From an uncultured Planctomycetota bacterium (GTDB taxonomy: Bacteria > Planctomycetota > PLA2 > JAEUHO01): DNA of 64,000 nucleotides. The stretch lies in the NCBI GenBank assembly GCA_963802335.1, contig CAWDIE010000008.1:436601-500600 (forward strand), read 5' to 3'. A model generated the notes under the pieces. That model was not told where the DNA came from and did not search any database. It worked only from the letters and a program-made list of their open reading frames with translations. Shown here in pieces: positions 54,511 to 63,725 of the stretch (position 1 is the stretch's first letter; every line of letters begins with the position of its first letter). The translations under genes and the position numbers were made by a program.

Positions 54511-55236
54511 GTGCGGGCTCTTCGCGCCGCCCTGAGCACGTATGCCCGCAAGCATGCCGGATGGTTGGGACCGTTCATGGGTGCGTGCGTGCCCGCGCTG
54601 GGGCTCGTCGGCATGCGTGTGCTGACGGAGGGGTCTCCGGCGGGTCTGTTCCAGGTCGGCCTTACGGCCCTGACGTTGGCCATCCTGGTCGGCGCGCGCC
54701 CGCGGACGACCCGCCGAGGTCGCGGTGCAGTGGAGATCGCGGGAGGCGCCCTGCTCGCCGGCCTCGCCTACGCCCTGGTCGGCGCCGGGGCCGGCGGCGG
54801 CCTCGCCCTCGGTCTCCTCGCCCTCGGTAGCGGGGGCGGAGCCGCGGGTCTCGCCGCCCTCGCGCGGGCGCTGGGGGTGCCGTCCTTTCCCGCTTTCGCC
54901 GTTGCTTCCCTGGTTCTGCTGACGGCCACGCTGGGCCTTCACTGGGCGGACCCCAGCTCGGCCTGGGTTGCCAAGCGAGCACGTCGGGCCTACCGGCAGG
55001 CCGTGCTGCAGGTGGATCCATCCCTCGCGCTGGCCTACGACGGCGCCCACTACGACCGGCTGCGCGCCCCCGCGGTCTACTTCTCGGTGCCACTGGCTTC
55101 CTCGGCCTACGTCATGCCCCGGGCCTCGAGCACGGGAGCGGCGTGGCTGGTCGTCGGCCTGGTCGCAGGCGGAGCGGCGTGGGTCATCGACAGAAAAGGG
55201 AGAAGTGTGGGGCGGCGGCGCTCTCCGGCCAGCTGA
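54511..55236 (+). CDS. Hypothetical Gly/Ala-rich polytopic membrane protein
   Basis: Inner part of ORF 54397..55236; in-frame GTG 54511 chosen (uncertain). Helices FMGACVPALGLVGMRVL, LFQVGLTALTLAILVGA, IAGGALLAGLAYALVGAGAGGGLALGLLALG, FAVASLVLLTATLGL, AAWLVVGLVAGGAAWVI. Confidence 0.55.
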   Translation: MRALRAALSTYARKHAGWLGPFMGACVPALGLVGMRVLTEGSPAGLFQVGLTALTLAILVGARPRTTRRGRGAVEIAGGALLAGLAYALVGAGAGGGLALGLLALGSGGGAAGLAALARALGVPSFPAFAVASLVLLTATLGLHWADPSSAWVAKRARRAYRQAVLQVDPSLALAYDGAHYDRLRAPAVYFSVPLASSAYVMPRASSTGAAWLVVGLVAGGAAWVIDRKGRSVGRRRSPAS

Positions 55237-55239
55237 CCT

Positions 55240-55254
55240 GGGAGGGAGGGAGGG
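55240..55254 (+). other. Canonical G-quadruplex motif GGGAGGGAGGGAGGG (four G3 tracts, 1-nt loops)
   Basis: Seen directly, 4 nt after the TGA stop at 55234..55236, and followed by a purine run agagagagg. Confidence 0.6.
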
Positions 55255-55445
55255 AGAGAGGCCAGGGCGCTCAGGCCGCCCCACAAGCGAGATCTTATGT
55301 CAAAGAATATAGATGGACAGCACAAAATCGTGATGCGGGTCGAAGGTCATGGAAGCGGGCCCTACAGGCCGGTGGCACGCGCAGGGGCCCGGAGCTCGCC
55401 GGCGGCCGCGGGGCGGGCGTGAGCGCCGCGCCCACGCCGCCCGCC

Positions 55446-56879
55446 ATGCCGGCGCCGCCCTCGAGCCTCTCCACGCGCCACGTCGTCGTGGCCGGGGCCG
55501 GGGGGCTCGGTTGCCCCGCCGCCCTGGCGCTCGCCGAGGCCGGCGTCGGACGCCTCACCCTGCTCGATCCGGATGTCGTGGAGTCCTCCAACCTCCCGCG
55601 GCAGGTTCTCTACGACGACGCCGATCGAGGCCGTGCCAAGGCGCTCGTTGCCGCGGAGCGCCTTCATCGCCCCGCGCAGACCGTGGTCGGGATCCACGCC
55701 GCGCTCGACGAAACGAACGAGAACCAGTACCTGGCCGACGCCGATCTCCTCTTGGACGCCACCGACGGTGCGCGCACGAAGGACTGGCTCAATGCGCTCG
55801 CCGTGCGTCGGGGCCTGCCCTTCATCCACGCGGCCGCGCTGCGAAGTGAAGGGCGCCTCCTCGACGTGCCGCCCGGAGGAAAGCCCTGCCTCGCGTGTCT
55901 GTTCGGACGGCTCGAGGAGGAGACCGGACGCTGCGCGGATCTCGGGGTTTGGAACGGTGCGGTGGGAGCGACCGGGTTTCTCGCGGCGGCCGCTGCCGTG
56001 CGGCGATTGACACATCCCGATCACGGATCGACCGGCTACCTCGTTCTCGATCTGGAGAGTGGGCGCGCCATCACGCTCGGCGCCGCGCCTTCGTCCACGT
56101 GCCCGGTCTGCGCGGATGCGTCGGCCCTGCGGCCCGCCGCGCTGCCGTCCGCTGCACCGTGTCGCGTGCCAACCGAAAGCGACGCGCCGATGGTGCCCCC
56201 TGCCGCGTCGCTGGACCTACGCGAGGAGGTCTGTCCGCTGAACCTCCTCCGCGCGCGCCGCGCCGTCGAGGATCTCGAACGAGGTGTGCGCCTCGAGATC
56301 CTGCTCGGCGAGGAAGGCGCCGCCAGTGTGCCCGACGGACTGCGCTCGCTCGGGCACGTCGTGCTCGAAGAAGCGACGCTCGGTCGAGGGCGTCGCCTGG
56401 TCGCGATGCGAGGCGGGCGCGTGCTCCCCGCCGACCGCCTCGATCGCGATGTCCTGCTGCGTTTTGCGCGCCAGGTCGTGCTGCCCGAAGTGGGGGAGGC
56501 GGGGCAGGCGCGGCTGCTCGACGCGCGGGTCCACGTCGAGGGGCAGGGGCCCCTCGCGGACACCGCCGTGCTCTACCTGCGTGCCGCTGGCGTGGGGCAC
56601 GTCGACCACGCGCAGGGGGCTCGCGCCGAAGGCCTCCTCGCGGTCGCGCGGATCGACGCCGAGGGTGGGGGGGGCGCGTACGCCGCCTATGTCGATGGCG
56701 CCGGCAGCGGACGCGTCGTCGAAGGCGATGGGGCGGAGGTAGTGGGCGGGTCCTATCCCTCGGCGGAGGCCCGGGCCCTCGGCGCGCTCCTGGCCGACCG
56801 CGTGGAGCGTCGGATCGTGTTGGGGGGGGCCCCTTCGCTCGAGATTCGTATCGCTGCCGGGCCTCGCATCGAGACGTAG
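55446..56879 (+). CDS. E1-like ThiF/MoeB adenylyltransferase fused to a TusA/SirA-like domain and a degenerate second ThiF-like N-terminal half
   Basis: Inner part of ORF 55143..56879 (ATG 55446; GTG 55419 possible). Domain 1 (about 55476..56120): VVVAGAGGLGCPAALALAEAGVGRLTLLDPDVVESSNLPRQ, CLAC and CPVC zinc pairs. Domain 2 (about 56211..56417): LDLREEVCPLNLLRARRAVEDLERGVRLEILL. Domain 3 (about 56448..56876): LLRFARQVVLPEVGEAGQARLLDARVHVEGQGPLADTAVLYLRAAGVGHV, with the Gly-loop degenerate. Confidence 0.75.
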   Translation: MPAPPSSLSTRHVVVAGAGGLGCPAALALAEAGVGRLTLLDPDVVESSNLPRQVLYDDADRGRAKALVAAERLHRPAQTVVGIHAALDETNENQYLADADLLLDATDGARTKDWLNALAVRRGLPFIHAAALRSEGRLLDVPPGGKPCLACLFGRLEEETGRCADLGVWNGAVGATGFLAAAAAVRRLTHPDHGSTGYLVLDLESGRAITLGAAPSSTCPVCADASALRPAALPSAAPCRVPTESDAPMVPPAASLDLREEVCPLNLLRARRAVEDLERGVRLEILLGEEGAASVPDGLRSLGHVVLEEATLGRGRRLVAMRGGRVLPADRLDRDVLLRFARQVVLPEVGEAGQARLLDARVHVEGQGPLADTAVLYLRAAGVGHVDHAQGARAEGLLAVARIDAEGGGGAYAAYVDGAGSGRVVEGDGAEVVGGSYPSAEARALGALLADRVERRIVLGGAPSLEIRIAAGPRIET

Positions 56880-56889
56880 GCTGGTAGCC

Positions 56890-57810
56890 ATGGCTTCCGA
56901 CGTCGCTCTCTTCCGATCGCTCGCCGCGCTCCATCGCGCAGGCATCCCGTGGCCGCAGGCCGTGGAGAGCGCCACCTCCGGCAAGCCGGAGTGGATGTCC
57001 GTCCGGCGCGCCCTGGAGCGGGGGGACACGATTGCGGGAGCGTTCCTGCCTCATCTCGATCCGCTGGATGCGGCCATCCTCACGGCGGGCGAGCGTGACG
57101 GGTCGCTCGAGCAGGCCTTCGAGGCCATGGCGAACGCCCACGAGGCGACCACCAAGCGCCGCCGCGAGGGCGGGGTGCAGATCGCGTATCCGATCCTGCT
57201 CGCGCACGTCGCCGCCCTCTTGATGGCCGTGCCCGACCTCATGCAGGGGAAGCCCCTGGCGGCGCTCGGGTGGGTGGCGCTCATCCTCGTCCCGGTGTGG
57301 GCCTTCCTCCTGCTCCGCCGACGGCAGTACGGTCTCGAGCGCCCCCAACCGGGAGCCGGGCACCCGCCGCACCCCTCGAGGTCGTTTCTCGCGCGGAGCC
57401 GGATCGAGGAAGCGGACGCACGCGCCTTGGAGGCGCTCGGACGGCTCTACCAGGCCGGCATCCCCATCCGGGACGCCTTGGACCTGGCCGTGCGTGCGGG
57501 CTGGGGTGGCCGGGTCGCAGTGGATCTGGACGTGGCCCGGCGTCGCGTCGATCGCGGCGAGGAACTGGGGGGGGCGTGGAACCTGCTCCCCGAGGCGTGG
57601 CACGGCCCCTTGGTGTCCGGGGAGGCGGCGGGCCAGCTGGGGGAAGCCGCACTGAGCGCGGCCGAGTCCATGCGCTTCGACGCCAGCATTCGTCGGAAGC
57701 GGTGGGCGCAGATCGTGCCCCTGGTCCTCATGCTGGGGATCGGCGGGATCATCGCGGCGCGCCTCTTCTCGTTCTATGGGTCGTACTTCTCGCAGATGGG
57801 GCGGTACTGA
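56890..57810 (+). CDS. GspF/PilC/TadC-like protein (two T2SS-F domains), orphan
   Basis: ORF 56890..57810, 306 aa. Two copies of the T2SSF helical pattern (LFRSLAALHRAGIPWPQAVE...ILTAGERDGSLEQAFEAMA and LEALGRLYQAGIPIRDALD...LVSGEAAGQLGEAAL), each followed by TM helices. No secretion ATPase, secretin or pilin gene is in the window. Confidence 0.65.
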   Translation: MASDVALFRSLAALHRAGIPWPQAVESATSGKPEWMSVRRALERGDTIAGAFLPHLDPLDAAILTAGERDGSLEQAFEAMANAHEATTKRRREGGVQIAYPILLAHVAALLMAVPDLMQGKPLAALGWVALILVPVWAFLLLRRRQYGLERPQPGAGHPPHPSRSFLARSRIEEADARALEALGRLYQAGIPIRDALDLAVRAGWGGRVAVDLDVARRRVDRGEELGGAWNLLPEAWHGPLVSGEAAGQLGEAALSAAESMRFDASIRRKRWAQIVPLVLMLGIGGIIAARLFSFYGSYFSQMGRY

Positions 57811-57990
57811 CCTGGACAGCCTCGCTCGGGGCCGCATCGCATGCCGCCGGCCGTGGCGGCGTACGTAGGTCGTTTGCGTGCGAAGGGATGCGTGCCCACG
57901 GCGACTCGGCGGATGCGTTTCAACCCAGGGTCGAACGCGGTAGGATTGCGGTCTTCTTCCCTCGCGCCGTTTCCAACCCGGAGGCCCGGC

Positions 57991-59130
57991 ATGTCCGACG
58001 TCGTCCAGTGTCCCACGTGCAACAAGAAGTTCCGCTTGCCGCCGGCTCCGCCGCCCACGTTCACGTGCAGCGGGTGCGGCACCGTCCTCGACCTGTCGGC
58101 CTTCCAGGCACCGGCCCAGCCCGCGCAGCCTGCTCAGCCGGCGGCCCCGGTGCAGCCGAAGGCCCCCGCCGGCCGTCGCGCCGGTGGCCGTCGCGGTGGC
58201 CGGGCCGCCGCCGCGCCGCACACCACGCGTCGTCCCGGCCACCGCAAGGCCCGGGCCGGGCGGGGGAGCCATGCCGCCGAGGATGACGGCTACGAGGGTG
58301 GCGAGCGCCCGCACTACTCGTCGCGCGACAAGGGCCCCAACATGCCGCTGATCCTCGGCTCCCTGGCGCTCGGCATCGGCGCGATCGTGGTGGCGGTGGT
58401 CGTCTTCATGAAGGAAGAGAAGCAACTGGAGAAACCGCCCGAGACGGTGGTGGCCCAGCAGCCTGCGGCCAATCCCATGGCGGACCTGCCCGACGAGCCG
58501 ATCCCGGACCCCGACGACGTGGTTCCCGAGTCCACGACCGACAAGCCCGAGAAGCCGAAGGACGTGGAACTCGCCCGTCCGGAGTTGAGCGAAGGCAGCT
58601 ACAAGGACGTTCCGTTGCCGGAGGGCAAGGAGAACTACCGCTGGAGTCAGGCGACGATCAAGACCTATCCCTACCCCGACCACGTGACGGCCGAGGAGAA
58701 GAACAAGATCGAGGAAGCGATCAACGGCATCGTCGAAATCGGGGGGCGCGACCTGCGCGACGGCACGAAGTACCTCGTCGCACTCGACGCCTACGCGGAC
58801 GGCTCCGAGGAACTCAAGCCGGGCGAGGAGTTCAAGGCCGTCGGCCGCGTGATCAGCGAGTTCAAGAACATCCTCGACAACAACGACATCAACGACCGCT
58901 TGACGATGGCCAAGCTCATGTCGCTCGACATGCTGCTCCGTAAGATCGATGGGATGCAGGAGCGCGAGTTCAAGGAGATCGACCCGATTCGCCACGCCTC
59001 CGACGAGAGACACGCGATGCGGGTCATCAAGCGCTGGAACTGGTGGTACGACCTCGAGAAGTGGCGCATGCGTCGCGTGCCGTACGACCCGCGCGAGGAC
59101 CAGCTCGACGCCGACCTCGAGACGGAGTGA
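57991..59130 (+). CDS. Zinc-ribbon (MJ0042-type) single-pass membrane protein with Pro/Ala-rich linker and acidic extracytoplasmic domain
   Basis: Inner part of ORF 57841..59130. ATG 57991 is preceded by [38 protein letters not shown] (CxxC-x16-CxxC). TM helix [23 protein letters not shown]-terminal domain ends [19 protein letters not shown]. Confidence 0.7.
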   Translation: MSDVVQCPTCNKKFRLPPAPPPTFTCSGCGTVLDLSAFQAPAQPAQPAQPAAPVQPKAPAGRRAGGRRGGRAAAAPHTTRRPGHRKARAGRGSHAAEDDGYEGGERPHYSSRDKGPNMPLILGSLALGIGAIVVAVVVFMKEEKQLEKPPETVVAQQPAANPMADLPDEPIPDPDDVVPESTTDKPEKPKDVELARPELSEGSYKDVPLPEGKENYRWSQATIKTYPYPDHVTAEEKNKIEEAINGIVEIGGRDLRDGTKYLVALDAYADGSEELKPGEEFKAVGRVISEFKNILDNNDINDRLTMAKLMSLDMLLRKIDGMQEREFKEIDPIRHASDERHAMRVIKRWNWWYDLEKWRMRRVPYDPREDQLDADLETE

Positions 59131-59173
59131 TCGGACCCGGGGGCGGGGCCCTCCCCGCCCCTATCATCCAGGC

Positions 59174-61204
59174 GTGACGACCTCGCTCGAGCCCGCCGCC
59201 TACCGACTCACGACCAACTTCACGGCCAGCCAGGATCAGGCTCGCGCCGTCGAGTCGCTGGTCGCCGGTGTGGGGCGCGACGAGCGTCACCAGATCCTGC
59301 TCGGGGTGACGGGATCGGGCAAGACCTTCACGATGGCCAACGTCATTGCGCAGACAGGCCGACCGGCGCTCGTTCTCGCCCCGAACAAGACCCTGGCCGC
59401 GCAGCTGTTCGACGAGTTTCGCGAGCTCTTCCCCGAGAACGCCGTCGAGTACTTCGTCTCGTTCTACGACTACTACCAGCCCGAAGCGTACGTGCCGTCC
59501 AGCGATCTCTTCATCGAGAAGGACGCCAGCATCAACGAGCGCATCGATCGGATGCGGCACGCGGCCACCAAGTCGGCCTTGACGCGACGCGACGTCATCG
59601 TCGTGGCCAGCGTGTCCTGCATCTACGGCCTGGGGTCCCCGGAGGAATACAAGAACTTCCACGTCTGGATCGAAGAGGGCGAGGAACTGGATCGGGACGT
59701 TCTCCTGCGGCGCCTGGCGCGCATCCAGTACCGTCGCGACGATTTCCAGTTGGGGCGGGGGTCGTTCCGGGTGCGAGGCGACGTGGTCGAAGTCGGCGCG
59801 GCGGATCAGGACGACCGCGTGATGCGTATCGAGTTCTTCGGGGACGAGGTCGAGCGGATCGAAGAGGTGGACACCCTGACCGGCGAGATCCTCGGGCGGC
59901 GTCCTTCGGCCTCGTTCTTCCCCTCGACCCACTACGTCCAGTCCGACGACGCGTTGGCACGAGCGATCGACGGGATCGACGCGGAACTCGAGGAGCGCTT
60001 CGCTCACTTCAAGGCGAAGGGGAAACTGCTCGAGGCGGACCGCATCAACCGGCGAACCCGCTACGATCTCGAGCTGCTCAGAGAGACGGGATTCTGCCCG
60101 GGCATCGAGAACTACTCTCGCCACCTCGACGGGCGACAGCCGGGGGAAGCGCCCGCCACGCTGCTTGACTATCTCCCCGAGGACTTCCTCCTCCTGATCG
60201 ATGAGAGCCACGTGGCCGTGCCGCAGGTGGGGGGCATGTATCACGGCGACCGCCGGCGCAAGGAGAACCTCGTCGAGTACGGTTTCCGTCTGCCCTGCGC
60301 GCTCGACAACCGCCCCCTGCGCTTCGAGGAGTTCGAGGCGCGTGTGGGACCGACCGTCTACGTGAGCGCGACCCCCGGTCCCTACGAGCGACGCGTGGCC
60401 GCCGATCACATCGTGGAGCAGGTCATCCGTCCGACGGGACTGATCGATCCGCGCGTCGAGATCCGGCCCGCGAAAGGACAGGTGGACGACGTGCTGGGCG
60501 AGATCCAGGAGAGGATCACGCGCAAGGAGCGCGTGCTCGTGGCCACGCTGACGAAACGCATGGCCGAGGAACTCACCGAGCACCTGGGCGAACTGGGCGT
60601 CCGGGCGCGGTACATGCACTCCGACATCACCACGCTGGAGCGCGCCGAGATCCTGCGGGACTTGCGGCTGGGGATCTTCGACGTCCTCGTGGGCATCAAC
60701 CTGCTCCGCGAGGGACTCGACCTGCCCGAGGTGTCCCTCGTTGCCGTGCTCGACGCGGACAAGGAGGGCTTTCTGCGCTCGGAGACGGCGCTGATCCAGG
60801 TGTCGGGCCGAGCGGCACGGAATCTGGACGGCACGGTCATCCTCTATGCCGACCGCGAGACCGACTCGATGCAGCGCGCCACGACGGAGATGGAGCGCCG
60901 CCGCAGGATCCAGCGGGCTTGGAACGAGGAGCACGACATCACGCCGACGACCGTCGTCCGTGCCGTGCGCGATACCGTGGGCAAGGTCTACGCGGATCGG
61001 GACTACGTGGAGCTCGCGGAGATGGCCGACGCGCGCGACGACCTGCCCGAAGACCAGGCCGGCCTCATGGACCGCCGGGACGACCTCGAGAAGCGCATGC
61101 GGGAGGCCGCCAAGGCCCTGCGTTTCGAGGAGGCGGCCAAGCTGCGGGACGACATGCGCCGGGTCGAGGCCCTGCTCCTCCGCGGCGCCGGCACCTCCGA
61201 CTGA
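59174..61204 (+). CDS. uvrB: Excinuclease ABC subunit B
   Basis: Inner part of ORF 58949..61204 from GTG 59174 ([22 protein letters not shown]...). [54 protein letters not shown], the helicase C motifs, and the C-terminal UVR domain ([13 protein letters not shown]). Confidence 0.95.
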   Translation: MTTSLEPAAYRLTTNFTASQDQARAVESLVAGVGRDERHQILLGVTGSGKTFTMANVIAQTGRPALVLAPNKTLAAQLFDEFRELFPENAVEYFVSFYDYYQPEAYVPSSDLFIEKDASINERIDRMRHAATKSALTRRDVIVVASVSCIYGLGSPEEYKNFHVWIEEGEELDRDVLLRRLARIQYRRDDFQLGRGSFRVRGDVVEVGAADQDDRVMRIEFFGDEVERIEEVDTLTGEILGRRPSASFFPSTHYVQSDDALARAIDGIDAELEERFAHFKAKGKLLEADRINRRTRYDLELLRETGFCPGIENYSRHLDGRQPGEAPATLLDYLPEDFLLLIDESHVAVPQVGGMYHGDRRRKENLVEYGFRLPCALDNRPLRFEEFEARVGPTVYVSATPGPYERRVAADHIVEQVIRPTGLIDPRVEIRPAKGQVDDVLGEIQERITRKERVLVATLTKRMAEELTEHLGELGVRARYMHSDITTLERAEILRDLRLGIFDVLVGINLLREGLDLPEVSLVAVLDADKEGFLRSETALIQVSGRAARNLDGTVILYADRETDSMQRATTEMERRRRIQRAWNEEHDITPTTVVRAVRDTVGKVYADRDYVELAEMADARDDLPEDQAGLMDRRDDLEKRMREAAKALRFEEAAKLRDDMRRVEALLLRGAGTSD

Positions 61205-61216
61205 CCCCTCCCGAAA

Positions 61217-61232
61217 GGTTCCGTACGGAACC
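61217..61232. terminator. Perfect 16-nt palindrome GGTTCCGTACGGAACC nested in CCCCTCC...GGAGGGG, downstream of uvrB
   Basis: Seen directly, 13 nt after the uvrB stop. The outer arms are at 61205..61211 and 61245..61251. There is no U-tract, so it could be a terminator or a protein-binding site. Confidence 0.4.
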
Positions 61233-61273
61233 CATCGCGTCGGTGGAGGGGGTCGGGTACCGTCTGCGCGCCC

Positions 61274-62652
61274 GTGATCTTCAGCACGCCCCTCTTCGTC
61301 CTGGTCTTCCTGCCGCTGGCCTTGGCGGGGTACTACCTCGTCGCCGGGCGTCGGCGCTGGCGGGTGGCCTTCCTCAGCCTGGCGTCGGTCGTGTTCTACG
61401 GCTACTGGGACGTGCGCCTGGTGCCTCTGCTGCTCTTCTCGGTCACGTTCAACTGGGTGCTCGCGCGCGTCTTCGGCCGCACGGGACGGCGCGGGTGGCT
61501 CACGTTCGGCGTCTTGCTGAACCTCGCCCTCCTCGCGTTCTTCAAGTACGCGGACTTCCTCGCATCCAGTCTGCTGGGCCTCCTCGGTCTCGGCCCGTCC
61601 TCGTTCCACATCCTCCTGCCGCTCGGCATCTCGTTCTTCACCTTCCAGCAGATCGCCTACCTCGTGGACCTTCATCGGGGCGAGAAGCGCACCTACTCCT
61701 TCGCGGACTATTTCCTCTTCGTCACGTTCTTTCCCCAGTTGATCGCGGGGCCGATCGTGCGCCACGAGGAGATCATCGATCAGTTCCACCGGGACCCGCG
61801 CGGTGACCAGACGAGTGAGAACCTGGGGCGTGGCGCCATCCTGTTCCTGATCGGCCTGGGCAAGAAGGTCATCTTCGCCGATGCGATCGCCCGCATCGGG
61901 GACCCGCTCTTTTCCGCGGCCGTGGGGGGGAGGTGCTCTCTTTTCCCCAGGCGTGGGCCGCCGGACTCGCGTTCACCCTGCAGGTCTACTTCGACTTCTC
62001 GGGCTACTCCGACATGGCCATCGGGATGGGGCGCATGTGCGGCTTCCGGCTTCCCATGAACTTCGACGCTCCGTACCGCGCGACCTCGATCTCCGACTTC
62101 TGGCGGCGCTGGCACATCACGTTGTCCCGGTTCCTTCGCGACTACGTCTACATCCCGCTCGGAGGCAATCGCCTGGGCCGCGCGCGGCAAGGCATCAACG
62201 TCATCCTCACGATGCTGCTGGGGGGGCTCTGGCACGGCGCGGGCTGGACCTACGTCGTCTGGGGCGGGCTCCACGGCGTCGCCTTGGCCGTTCAGGGCGC
62301 ATGGAATCGGCGGGTATCGTGGCGCATGCCGGCGTGGCTCGGCTGGCTCTTGACCATCAACTTCTTCATTTTCACCATCGTCCTGTTCCGGGCCGCGGAC
62401 TTCCGCGCCGGTGGAGAAATGGCCCTGTCCATGTTGGGGGCCCACGGCTTCGAGGGCATCGCGACGGATGACGTGCTCCTGCTGGCCGCCGGCGCCTTGG
62501 TCGCGCTGGTTGGACCGACCAGTCAGGTCGTCGCGCTTCGGCGGTTGAAGCCCCGCGGGGGCGTCGCCGTGGCCGCAGCCGTCCTCTTCGTATACCTCGT
62601 CTTGCGCATGGCGTCGGGGAGTCACCCTGAGTTCATCTACTTCCAGTTCTGA
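61274..62652 (+). pseudogene. MBOAT-family membrane O-acyltransferase (AlgI/DltB-like), frameshifted in a G7 run at 61924..61930
   Basis: ORFs 61274..62059 and 61933..62652 are the N- and C-halves of one MBOAT (FFKYADF, ISFFTFQ, FPQLIAGPI // [35 protein letters not shown], catalytic His in GLWHGAGW). One extra G would read ...[17 protein letters not shown]. Probably an assembly or homopolymer error, or phase variation. Confidence 0.85.
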
Positions 62653-62680
62653 TTCCACCCGCTGGTGGCGCTTCCTGGCC

Positions 62681-63712
62681 GTGTTCCTCGCGGCGAGCAT
62701 CTCTGCGTCCGCCGTCGTGCTCGTAGGGATGGCGCTCATCGACCCCTTCGACAACCTGCCCTTCTCCCTGGACCTCGACCGGGCGCCCATCGTCACCAAT
62801 CAGCGGTACACCTACCCGGGCATCGCTCGCAAAGCGGCGTTCGACTCCGCACTCATCGGCTCGTCTACGAGTCGCCTCTTCCGGCCCGCCCAGCTGAACG
62901 AGCTGTTCGAGGCGCGTTTCGCCAACCTCTCGATGAACGGTTCCACCGACTGGGAGCAGGAACAGCTCCTCGGGGTGTTCCTCCGGCACCATGTTCGGCC
63001 CAAGGTCGTCATCCTGGGGCTGGACCCCCAGTGGATGCAGGTCGAAGACGAGTACGAGGGGCAGCGAACGCGGCGCGAGTTTCCGACGTGGATGTACGAC
63101 GACGACAGCCTGAACGACGTCTTGCACCTCTTCAACACGTGGGCGCTGGACAAGGCGAATCGCCAGGTGTCGCACGTGCTCGGCCGGCGGCGTGCCCTCT
63201 ACGAGCGCGACGGCGGATGGACGCCTCCGCCCGGGTGGGGCGAGCACGAGCCCGAGGCCCTGCACGCGCTCATCTACGAGCTGCCCGAGGGCAAGGTGAT
63301 CGAGGATGTCGGCCCGGAGCGGACGCTCTCGGCCGCCGAGCTGAAAGCGCTGCGCTTCCCGGCGCACGAGACGCTCGTGCGGGTACTCGATGCGATTCCC
63401 GTGGAGACGGAGACGATCGTCTTCCTGGCTCCCTTCCACCACAACCACCCGAACGTGTTGGGCGGCAAACCCGGCTGGCTGCGGGTGCAGATCTGGAGCG
63501 AGGCCAAGCGCCGCATCGAGGCCATCGTTCGGCGCTTCCCGGGGGTGCGGTTGGTGGACTTCCAGATTCCGAGCCCCCTGACGCTCGAAGACTCGAGCTA
63601 CGTCGACTCCATTCACACCACGGCGGAGGCGACGGCGCGGATGGCGGAAGCGCTCCGCGCCTCGCGCGATCCCGCGACCCGTTCCGAACTCTTCGTTCGA
63701 CGGACCCCCTGA
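62681..63712 (+). CDS. Hypothetical anchored protein, positional partner of the MBOAT acyltransferase
   Basis: ORF 62681..63712 (GTG start; upstream in-frame sequence lacks a start codon). N-terminal TM FLAASISASAVVLVGMALI. Lies 28 nt after the MBOAT stop. Family not recognised; the AlgJ/AlgX/DltD-type role is inferred from position only. Confidence 0.65.
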   Translation: MFLAASISASAVVLVGMALIDPFDNLPFSLDLDRAPIVTNQRYTYPGIARKAAFDSALIGSSTSRLFRPAQLNELFEARFANLSMNGSTDWEQEQLLGVFLRHHVRPKVVILGLDPQWMQVEDEYEGQRTRREFPTWMYDDDSLNDVLHLFNTWALDKANRQVSHVLGRRRALYERDGGWTPPPGWGEHEPEALHALIYELPEGKVIEDVGPERTLSAAELKALRFPAHETLVRVLDAIPVETETIVFLAPFHHNHPNVLGGKPGWLRVQIWSEAKRRIEAIVRRFPGVRLVDFQIPSPLTLEDSSYVDSIHTTAEATARMAEALRASRDPATRSELFVRRTP

Positions 63713-63725
63713 GTACCCTCTAGCC

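Noticed and set aside
55373-55388. A sigma-54-like promoter, TGGCACGcgcaGGGGC, about 60 nt upstream of the E1-TusA start.
   Set aside because: The -24 TGGCAC is perfect. However, the -12 element lacks TTGC and its GC dinucleotide is displaced by one base from the invariant GG-N10-GC spacing. It is recorded only as a weak possibility.
56071-59013. Very long alternative-frame ORFs, for example 56071..59013 (-, 980 aa), 59027..61789 (-, 920 aa), 33712..36903 (+, 1063 aa), 28103..30229 (-, 708 aa) and 263..1768 (-, 501 aa).
   Set aside because: They lie antisense to or out of frame with genes that have clear family motifs (uvrB, the E1-like gene, the repeat protein and others). Their translations are Arg/Gly/Pro/Ala-rich low-complexity strings without motifs. 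These are typical shadow ORFs of a 70% GC genome.
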